Below are positions 1 through 7,245 of a DNA stretch of 28,956 nucleotides, piece after piece. The translations under genes and the position numbers were made by a program. A model generated the notes under the pieces. It saw nothing but the letters and a program-made list of their open reading frames with translations, did not search any database and had not been told where the DNA came from. Source of the DNA: Candidatus Dojkabacteria bacterium (GTDB lineage: Bacteria; Patescibacteriota; Dojkabacteria; SC72). Numbering within the stretch: the first letter of the stretch is position 1; each line of letters begins with the position of its first letter. The DNA is taken from positions 1 to 28,956 of the forward strand of contig JAAZGF010000017.1 of assembly GCA_012511375.1 (NCBI GenBank), given 5' to 3'.

Positions 1-2
1 AT

Positions 3-962
3 GGTGATAATGCTAAAGGAAAAAGCTCTATCTTAGAAGCCATATACTTAATTACAAATGGAATATCTCCATGGGCATTTTCTAATGAATTCATATCATA
101 CAACCAGAAGGGTGAAAATAGATACTGCAGAGTTGAGATGGTTTTTAATGAAAAAATATACTCTCTCTTTAAAGATGAAAACAAAAAAATCCTCCAAATA
201 GACAAGAAGAAAACTACTCCGAAGAGATTCTTTGAGAAGAGTGCTTCTACTATCTTTAATCCAGAGCAAATAGAGATACTGATGATATCACCAAGCAAAC
301 GAAGAGATTTTTTGGATGAAACTATATCAATAATGGAATATGAATACTCTGCTAAGCTTAAAAATTTTAGAAAGATACTTAGACAAAGGAATGCCTATTT
401 AAAAAAATTGTCAAAAGATTTTTATGAAAAAGGTATAATCGCGAGAAATGATACTCAGTTAAACTTTTGGACTAACGAATTTGTAAATATATCAAAAGAT
501 ATACAAAAGAAAAGAGAACAACTCTCTAAAGAACTCTATTTTGACAAACTTAAAATGATCTATATTAAATCTAATAATAACGAGGACCTATCTGATGCAT
601 TAGAAGATTCAAAAAAGAGAGATATTGCAACAGGATATACAAACATCGGTCCACATAGAGATGATTGGATTCTCACTAACGGAAATGATATTAAAAAATT
701 TGGCTCAAGAGGAGAAAAAAGACTAGCTATTGGACAAATGATATTTAAAAAACAAGAAGTAATTGCAGAAAAACTTGGATTTCACCCCATTCTCCTACTT
801 GATGATATTGCATCTGAATTAGATGAAAAAAACACCGAAAAAATATTTGATAAAAAACTACTAAAAAGACAACAAACCTTTTTAACAATAATAAATCCTA
901 ATGATTTGCCAAAGGATGTCGTCAAGAATGCTCAACTTGTAGACTTAAATTCTTTTGAATAA
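3..962 (+). CDS. recF: DNA replication/repair protein RecF (5'-truncated by the window edge)
   Basis: The frame is open from nt 3 and reads GDNAKGKSSILEAIY (RecF Walker A), so the listed ATG at 138 is internal. It also contains SPSKRRDFLD, LRQRNAYLK, GPHRDD, FGSRGEKR and ILLLDDIASELD. Confidence 0.95.
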   Translation, partial: GDNAKGKSSILEAIYLITNGISPWAFSNEFISYNQKGENRYCRVEMVFNEKIYSLFKDENKKILQIDKKKTTPKRFFEKSASTIFNPEQIEILMISPSKRRDFLDETISIMEYEYSAKLKNFRKILRQRNAYLKKLSKDFYEKGIIARNDTQLNFWTNEFVNISKDIQKKREQLSKELYFDKLKMIYIKSNNNEDLSDALEDSKKRDIATGYTNIGPHRDDWILTNGNDIKKFGSRGEKRLAIGQMIFKKQEVIAEKLGFHPILLLDDIASELDEKNTEKIFDKKLLKRQQTFLTIINPNDLPKDVVKNAQLVDLNSFE

Positions 963-1726
963 TCACTTAGTCTTTTCTTTCTGTAATCATGTTCAAAAAA
1001 CTCTATTCTGCCTTTTTTTGAATTTTCAACTAATCTCTTCTTATCTGGATTATGCTTAGCCACTTCCATAAAAAGTAATTGAGCCCAAAAAGAAAGAGTA
1101 TTAATTACTCTTACAGGAAAGATTGTTTTTTTTGCATGAACTAGTTTGTTTCTTAATAATTCTTTCTTTACTCCATAATCTGTTATTAACCATTTGTTTT
1201 TAAAGTATATATTATTAATATATCCTTTTTTGTAAATAGGAATTAAGAACATAAGTTCATGGAAATTAAAAATATCATTTTCAAACTCTACTCCTCTTTC
1301 TTCACATATTAGGTTAAGACAAAGTTTGTTTTTAACCTGCTTATGTTTTTTAACCCTTATCTTCTTATGATAAATATTTCGGAACATTACAATAGCCCTA
1401 TATATCCACATAGTTCCATCCTTTACCACTACAAAAATATCTATATCATCTTCGTCTTTTACAAACCCAGCAGCTACAGATCCAGAGATACCTACGAATT
1501 TAACCCAATCAAAAAGCATTAGTTTTGAAATACCTTTTTTTGCAATATCTATTTTTACTTCTACATTTTGATTTTTCTCTTCTTTAAGTTTCTCTAATAT
1601 CTCTTTATCTAAACTTTTAAGAAACTTCTTTCCCCATATATATTTAACCTTATCTTTAGACAAAGAAACATTCATTAAAGATCTAAATTTGATTAGCTCT
1701 AAAAGCATTATTGTTCTTGGTTGCAT
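932..1726 (-). CDS. Pol-beta-superfamily nucleotidyltransferase-domain protein
   Basis: Motif FVGISGSVAAG-x5-DDIDIFVV (GS...DxD). The start is placed at ATG 1726 because a TATAAT (1733-1738) lies inside the longer ORF, 6 nt upstream of it. Confidence 0.75.
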   Translation of the reverse strand: MQPRTIMLLELIKFRSLMNVSLSKDKVKYIWGKKFLKSLDKEILEKLKEEKNQNVEVKIDIAKKGISKLMLFDWVKFVGISGSVAAGFVKDEDDIDIFVVVKDGTMWIYRAIVMFRNIYHKKIRVKKHKQVKNKLCLNLICEERGVEFENDIFNFHELMFLIPIYKKGYINNIYFKNKWLITDYGVKKELLRNKLVHAKKTIFPVRVINTLSFWAQLLFMEVAKHNPDKKRLVENSKKGRIEFFEHDYRKKRLSDYSKEFKSTS

Positions 1727-1797
1727 ACGTATATTATAGAGCATATATTAAGCATCTAAAACTTTTTCCAATATTCTGCTAAACTTTAGATAGAAAA

Positions 1798-1818
1798 TAT
1801 AATAGAATCTGCCTATAT
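1798..1818 (+). promoter_or_regulatory. -10 box and leader motif of the prgI operon (TATAAT-AG-AATCTGCCTA-TAT-ATG)
   Basis: TATAAT at 1798-1803 with an overlapping TAGAAT at 1803-1808. The same 10-mer sits at the same offset upstream of the Lon-like gene. Confidence 0.6.
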
Positions 1819-2661
1819 ATGAGACAGCATGCGATTCCTCACAATATATTAGATATAGAGTTTAAAATTTTTACAAAATTTACTCTAAAAGAATTTGCTT
1901 ATCTAGCAATTGGGATTGGTTTTGGAGCATTAATGATTTACTTAACAGCAAGAGGAGACGTTCCTGGTATTATTGGAATCCCTGTTTTTATCTTTTCCTC
2001 TATCTTAGGAATTATTTTAGGACTAGTACCTATCAACGAACAAGATGCAGATGTATTTATTAAAAACTTTATCACTGCTATAACTAATCCTACTCAGAGA
2101 GTTTGGTTAAACAAAGAAATGAATGATAAGAGGTCAAAACCAGAGATAAAACCAACAAAAGAAGGAGAAATAGTACACAAAGACGTTAAGATAAAAAGAA
2201 AGAAAATAATTGGAGCAACCTTACCTTCTCAGAAAAAGGATGATGATATTGCAGATCCCTTAGATGAGAAAAATTTACAAGTAGATCAGGAATTACTTGA
2301 ATCAAATATCAAAACAGTATCAGCAATTACTCCTAACAAGATAATAATAACAGATGAAAACAGGAGTGCTTATCAATTCCAGATAAAGAGTACTGATAAA
2401 TTACCTGGAAATATTAATATTTGGTTATGTACAAAAGAATTTAAACCCGTTCCCAATGTAGTTACATATCTTAAATCTTCCAATGGAACAGTGTTGTATG
2501 CAAATAAAGCTGGAAAGAATGGATACTTTCTTACAAGTAAGTTATGGGATCCTGGAATATATGTGTTAGAATTTGATCACCCTGTATACAAATTCCCTGA
2601 AGTACAGATAGAATTAACAGAGAAGGAGAACAAATTACCTATTAAAATAAGTAGTTTATAG
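1819..2661 (+). CDS. prgI: PrgI-family membrane protein (T4SS VirB3-like) with a C-terminal beta-sandwich domain
   Basis: N-terminus MRQHAIPHNILDIEFKIFTKFTLKEF followed by two TM helices and PINEQDADVFIKNF. The C-terminal domain resembles a carboxypeptidase-regulatory/Ig-like fold. It lies directly upstream of the TraC-like gene and virB4. Confidence 0.8.
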   Translation: MRQHAIPHNILDIEFKIFTKFTLKEFAYLAIGIGFGALMIYLTARGDVPGIIGIPVFIFSSILGIILGLVPINEQDADVFIKNFITAITNPTQRVWLNKEMNDKRSKPEIKPTKEGEIVHKDVKIKRKKIIGATLPSQKKDDDIADPLDEKNLQVDQELLESNIKTVSAITPNKIIITDENRSAYQFQIKSTDKLPGNINIWLCTKEFKPVPNVVTYLKSSNGTVLYANKAGKNGYFLTSKLWDPGIYVLEFDHPVYKFPEVQIELTEKENKLPIKISSL

Positions 2662-2662
2662 A

Positions 2663-3298
2663 ATGGATAAAAAAGCAAGAGCAAGAGCAACAGCATCAAC
2701 TCAAGAGCATCTCTCTGTAAGAGAGGTGATGGATGACTTAATACTTAATAAAAACGGAAGTGTTGCTATGGTAATACAAACATCCTCTATAAACTTTGAT
2801 TTATTAGCAGAGTATGAACAAGATAATAAAATATATGCCTTTGCGGGACTACTTAACTCTTTGAATTTTAGGATTCAAATCCTTATAAGAACACGTAGGA
2901 TTGATATTACTAATTATGTAGATTATCTCAAATCTCAGAAGAATAAGGCGATGAGTGAAGGCTTAAAAAGACAACTAGAAATCTACACTCAATTTATAGG
3001 TACACTCATATCTGAAAATGATGTTCTAGATAAAAGTTTCTTTTTGATAATACCATATAGCCCTGGAGTTCCATTACCTGGAACTAGTATATTGGATGCA
3101 AAGAAAAACAAAGAAGAGAGAGATAAATATAAAGATATGAAAAAAGAACAACTTGTAGAAAAAGCAAAGATGTACCTCTATCCTAAGCGAGATCATCTTC
3201 TCAAGCTATTAGGAAGAATGGGGTTGTTTGGTCATCAATTAACAAACAAAGAGTTAATTTCAGAATTCTATACATTATATAATCCAGAAGAGGAGTAA
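2663..3298 (+). CDS. TraC/TcpE-like VirB4-associated protein (resembles the N-terminal region of conjugative ATPases)
   Basis: STQEHLSVREVMDDLILNKNG...SSINFDLL..EQ...FAGLLNSLNFRIQILIRTRRIDI. It starts 1 nt after the prgI stop and ends 4 nt before virB4. Confidence 0.7.
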   Translation: MDKKARARATASTQEHLSVREVMDDLILNKNGSVAMVIQTSSINFDLLAEYEQDNKIYAFAGLLNSLNFRIQILIRTRRIDITNYVDYLKSQKNKAMSEGLKRQLEIYTQFIGTLISENDVLDKSFFLIIPYSPGVPLPGTSILDAKKNKEERDKYKDMKKEQLVEKAKMYLYPKRDHLLKLLGRMGLFGHQLTNKELISEFYTLYNPEEE

Positions 3299-3302
3299 AA
3301 TC

Positions 3303-5717
3303 ATGAATGAAAGAGATCAAAGTAGAACATATCAAAGTAAAGCCTCAAAGATGTTGGAAGATAGGGCTGAAAAAATTAAATCTCCTGCGGAAAAAACTTC
3401 TGAGTTCCAAGAATTGCTTAAAAAAGATGAAACAAGAAGAGATTCTTTTGATAGAAGATATGACGAACCAAAACCTATTGAAAAAGAAGATAAAAATCCA
3501 ATATTTAAATTGCTGGATAAATTAAGAAAGAATTATGAAAAGAAACAGAAAGATGAAGATGAAAAAGAACCTTCTACAAGAGAGGAAGAAGAAAACAGAG
3601 ATCTAAAAGAGAATCTTCCCACAGATATGTCTATTCAGGACATAATAGCTCCTATTGATCTAGAAGTAGACTTCAATCATCTCCAAATGGGAGATTACTA
3701 TTTTAAAACACTATTCATTAGTGGTTATCCTAGATTTGTAGGACCAAACTGGCTATCACCTATTATCAATTTTGAGCACTCTCTTAGAATTAGTACTTTT
3801 TACTACCCTGTTGAATCAAAAGTTATTTTAGAAAAGCTAAAAAAGAAAATAGGAGAGATGGAAGCTACTCTTTACACACAAATGGAGGAAAGGAAAGTTG
3901 TAGATCCTTCCCTTAAAGTAGCTCTGTCTGATGCTCAACAATTACAAGACTCAATAGCAGAAGGAACAGAAAAGTTTTTCCATTTCTCTATGTATATAAC
4001 CCTATATGCTAATGATAAAGAGGAACTAGAAAGAATAGGAAGAAATGTAACCTCTACCCTAGCTGCTATTAATGTCTCTGCTAAACCCGCTACATTACAA
4101 CAAGAGCAAGGCTTTATTAGTACACAACCATTGGGCTTGGACAATCTTTACATAACACGAAATATGGATACTACTTCTCTTGCAACTACATTTCCGTTTG
4201 TAACATCAGAATTAACAATGGATCATGGAATTATGTATGGTATAAACCTTCATAACAAGAGTTTGGTTATATTCGATAGATTTGATTTAGAAAATGCTAA
4301 TACTGTTATTTTTGCAAAATCTGGTGCTGGAAAAAGCTATTTCGTCAAATTAGAAGCAGTTAGAAGTTTAATGCTTGGAACTGAAATAATAATAATAGAT
4401 CCTGAAAGTGAATATCAAAGTTTATCAAAGGCAGTAAATGGAGCATACATCTCTTTCTCACAGGATAAAGGAAACAAGATGAATCCGTTTGAACTCTCGG
4501 GAGTAACAGATGAAGGAGATGATGAATTAAGAATGAAGTTATTAGCTCTTCAGGGATTCTTCAAAATAATGTTTGATGGAATAACAAACATTGAAGGTTC
4601 TATACTAGATAGAGCTCTAATTTTAACATACAGAGAAAAAGGAATTAACTTTGATCCTAGCACTCAAACAAATCCTCCTCCGATGCTAGAAGATCTTTAC
4701 AAAGTTCTAAAAGGAATGGCAGAGACAGAGGCTCATGCATTGGCCAAGAGACTAGAAAAATATATTATTGGTAGTGGTGCTGGTGTATTCAATGAGGCAA
4801 GTAACTTTGAAATAGTTAATCCATTTACAGTCTTTAGTATTAGAGATTTACAAGAAGAACTGAAACCTATGGCCATGTACCTAATGCTTGATTTTATATG
4901 GACTAGAATTAGAAAAAATAAAAAAAGAAGATTGCTCATAGTAGATGAGGCTTGGTATATGATGCAGTCAGAAGATTCAGCAAAATTTCTTTACTCTATT
5001 GCTAAAAGAGCAAGAAAGTATTACCTAGGCCTCTCTACTATAACACAAGATGTTGCAGACTTTCTTAATACAGATATGGGGAAAGCTATAATTTCAAACT
5101 CCTCTATACAATTACTTATGATGCAAAGTCCAACTGCTGTAGAAAAGCTTCAAGAGGTATTTAAACTCTCTGATGGAGAAAAGAATTTTCTACTTAGCTG
5201 CGAACAAGGACAGGGACTATTCTTTGCAGGAACAAATCATGTTGGTATACATGTGCTCTCTAGTGTCTCAGAACATGAGTTAATAACCTCAGATCCTAGA
5301 GACTTGGAAAGGATGAAGAAGAGAGAAGGAGAAACAGATACAAGAACGATAGAAGAACTCTCGCAAGTTTATGAGACTCCTGCAGAACAGAGAACCGTAC
5401 AAAGAACCGTAAACATAACCAGGCAGGAACAAATAATAGAGGATGCTATTAAAAAGACAGAGGATCGAAGAGGCATCTTACAGCAAGAGAGAAGTCAATA
5501 CCAAAAAGAATTAGAGGAAAGACTTAAACAAAAGGAGGAGGAATTATATCCTGAGAAAATGAACCTTCAAAAAACATATAAAGATCATCTTGAAGAAAGT
5601 ACTCTCTCTGGACAAATAATAAAATCTAGAGAAAATATACAGAAAGGTAGAAAACATTTAACACCACAAGGGACTGTAGAAAGCTATCCCTCAAAAGATA
5701 ATAACCCATATGAATAA
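3303..5717 (+). CDS. virB4: VirB4/TraC-like type IV secretion ATPase
   Basis: Walker A AKSGAGKS, IIIDPESEY, Walker B LLIVDEAWY, KRARKY, TITQDVADF, GQGLFFAG, and RNMDTTSLATTFPF. Confidence 0.92.
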   Translation: MNERDQSRTYQSKASKMLEDRAEKIKSPAEKTSEFQELLKKDETRRDSFDRRYDEPKPIEKEDKNPIFKLLDKLRKNYEKKQKDEDEKEPSTREEEENRDLKENLPTDMSIQDIIAPIDLEVDFNHLQMGDYYFKTLFISGYPRFVGPNWLSPIINFEHSLRISTFYYPVESKVILEKLKKKIGEMEATLYTQMEERKVVDPSLKVALSDAQQLQDSIAEGTEKFFHFSMYITLYANDKEELERIGRNVTSTLAAINVSAKPATLQQEQGFISTQPLGLDNLYITRNMDTTSLATTFPFVTSELTMDHGIMYGINLHNKSLVIFDRFDLENANTVIFAKSGAGKSYFVKLEAVRSLMLGTEIIIIDPESEYQSLSKAVNGAYISFSQDKGNKMNPFELSGVTDEGDDELRMKLLALQGFFKIMFDGITNIEGSILDRALILTYREKGINFDPSTQTNPPPMLEDLYKVLKGMAETEAHALAKRLEKYIIGSGAGVFNEASNFEIVNPFTVFSIRDLQEELKPMAMYLMLDFIWTRIRKNKKRRLLIVDEAWYMMQSEDSAKFLYSIAKRARKYYLGLSTITQDVADFLNTDMGKAIISNSSIQLLMMQSPTAVEKLQEVFKLSDGEKNFLLSCEQGQGLFFAGTNHVGIHVLSSVSEHELITSDPRDLERMKKREGETDTRTIEELSQVYETPAEQRTVQRTVNITRQEQIIEDAIKKTEDRRGILQQERSQYQKELEERLKQKEEELYPEKMNLQKTYKDHLEESTLSGQIIKSRENIQKGRKHLTPQGTVESYPSKDNNPYE

Positions 5718-5931
5718 TAAGCAAAATCTAAATATATCTAACTACCTTGTAACAGAGGCTATTGATCCTAAAACAATCCTTCCTGATAAAGTGAATTCAG
5801 ATTTGGAAGCCTTAAATAAGGCTGAAAGTAAAAGCACATATAAAACAAACATTGCAAGAAGTATAAAAAACCCTAAAGTACAAAGAGCTGTCTCTGCATT
5901 AAAATTAAGCAATCCATTCAAAGGATACTAA
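5710..5931 (+). CDS. Small hypothetical protein (73 aa) coupled to virB4
   Basis: The ATG overlaps the virB4 3' end by 8 nt and the stop overlaps the convergent Lon-like stop. The ORF fills the gap exactly. Confidence 0.55.
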   Translation: MNNKQNLNISNYLVTEAIDPKTILPDKVNSDLEALNKAESKSTYKTNIARSIKNPKVQRAVSALKLSNPFKGY

Positions 5932-7118
5932 CTCAGTGGACCTTGATCAGCAAGAACATACTCTCTCAAATTAGAACTATCTATTACAATTGGAAGTCTT
6001 TCTCCTTCTATTATCTTTCTTGCTGCACTTCTAACTATTGTAGTTATATTTCTCTCCAACTGCCTTATACCTGCATCAAAGCCTACCGGTCTAATAATTA
6101 AGGGCCATACATCTTCCTGTATCTGAATATATTCTGTTGATATGTTTAAATTCTTTAATACTTTAGGAAGGAGATACTGTTTCCCTATAACTTCCTTCTC
6201 CTGATCTGAATAACTCGTAAATCTAATAACTTCAACACGGTCAAGTAGAGCAGCAGATAATCCTCCTAGGTTATTTGCTGTACAAACAAAAAACACATTA
6301 GATAAATCAATAGGATAATCAATATAGTGATCTGTAAAAGCATGATTCTGTTCCGGATCTAATATCTCTAGAAGAGCTGCCATAACATCATTCAAAAGAC
6401 CCGAATTCCCACTAGATTTCTCTATTTCATCAAGAAGTATAACTGGATTCATAGTACCACAGTTAATTAAAGCCTTAACAATCTGCCCTGGTTCTGCATC
6501 TATAGAGTATCTTGGAGTACCTCTTATAGTTCTAACGTCCCCTATCGCTCCCAAAGAGACTCTTGCAAACTTTCTTCCCATTGAAATAGCTATGGACTTT
6601 GCAATAGAAGTTTTTCCAACACCTTGTAAACCAACAAAAAGAAAAACTGGAGCATTCGAAGATGACCCTTTTAATACCCCTATCTCTTGAATTCTGTTAA
6701 TTTCTCCATTAGAAGAAATAGGAACTTGACTAGGAAGGTTTCTACCCCTAACCCCACCCTCGCTTTCTAGCTGCATTGTTGCTAAGTAATCTAGAATTAA
6801 CTCTTTTATCACATCCATCCCATAATGCGTTCCATCCATTATTTTTTTAGCATTACTTATATCCAATCGATCTTCAGATAACACCCCCCAAGGAATTCTT
6901 GTAACCCAATCTATATACTTATTAACATTTTCAAACTCAGCACTGTATGCCCCCATTTGAAACATCCTTTTAAGTCTATTTATACTTCTCATACTTTCTT
7001 CCTTCAAAGCATCTGGAACTCTGGATGAAACAAGCTTGTTTTCGAGCTGTAAAACCTCTTTTAAGCCTTCATCCGTTACTATATTAGTATTGTTTCTATT
7101 TTGATTAGAATAATCCAT
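5928..7118 (-). CDS. lon: Lon-like AAA+ ATPase lacking the N-terminal domain and the Ser-Lys protease domain
   Basis: YIDWVTRIPW, THYGMDVIKELILDYL, Walker A GLQGVGKTS, Walker B ILLDEIEK, ALLEILDPEQNHAFTDHY, DLSNVFFVCTAN, LLDRVEVI, GIRQLER. The protein ends at SNLREYV, where the protease domain would begin. Confidence 0.88.
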   Translation of the reverse strand: MDYSNQNRNNTNIVTDEGLKEVLQLENKLVSSRVPDALKEESMRSINRLKRMFQMGAYSAEFENVNKYIDWVTRIPWGVLSEDRLDISNAKKIMDGTHYGMDVIKELILDYLATMQLESEGGVRGRNLPSQVPISSNGEINRIQEIGVLKGSSSNAPVFLFVGLQGVGKTSIAKSIAISMGRKFARVSLGAIGDVRTIRGTPRYSIDAEPGQIVKALINCGTMNPVILLDEIEKSSGNSGLLNDVMAALLEILDPEQNHAFTDHYIDYPIDLSNVFFVCTANNLGGLSAALLDRVEVIRFTSYSDQEKEVIGKQYLLPKVLKNLNISTEYIQIQEDVWPLIIRPVGFDAGIRQLERNITTIVRSAARKIIEGERLPIVIDSSNLREYVLADQGPLS

Positions 7119-7138
7119 ACTAGGCAGATTTAATTATA
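7119..7138 (-). promoter_or_regulatory. -10 box and leader motif of the Lon-like gene (TATAAT-TA-AATCTGCCTA-GT-ATG)
   Basis: Minus-strand TATAAT at 7133-7138 and AATCTGCCTA at 7121-7130. Confidence 0.6.
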
Positions 7139-7184
7139 TCTAAAGTGTATATTTACAAATTGATTAAGTCAACTATTAAAAGTA

Positions 7185-7213
7185 TTGATATTGTTACTCC
7201 CTCATGATAACCT
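7185..7213 (+). promoter_or_regulatory. Sigma70-type promoter of the surface-protein gene
   Basis: TTGATA (7185-7190)-N17-TAACCT (7208-7213), with an extended TGn. Confidence 0.45.
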
Positions 7214-7245
7214 TAACATAGATATAAAATAAACTGTCCATAAAG

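Noticed and set aside
138-962. ORF-track start of recF at 138
   Set aside because: The frame is open to nt 3 and contains Walker A upstream, so the true start lies outside the window.
3307-4939. Short ORFs inside virB4 (3307-3525 +, 3935-4144 -, 4733-4939 -)
   Set aside because: Alternate-frame or antisense shadows of a well-supported gene, with no motifs.
1819-5931. Calling the T4SS-like operon an ICE or conjugative mobile element
   Set aside because: No integrase, relaxase, coupling protein, att repeats or evident composition shift, and the flanks are core genes.
5928-7118. Calling the Lon-like gene a pseudogene
   Set aside because: Intact frame, all AAA+ catalytic motifs, its own promoter, and no downstream protease-domain remnant or frameshift.
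7112-7147. Full CIRCE upstream of the Lon-like gene or prgI
   Set aside because: AATCTGCCTA resembles a right arm, but there is no TTAGCA-like left arm at the required spacing.
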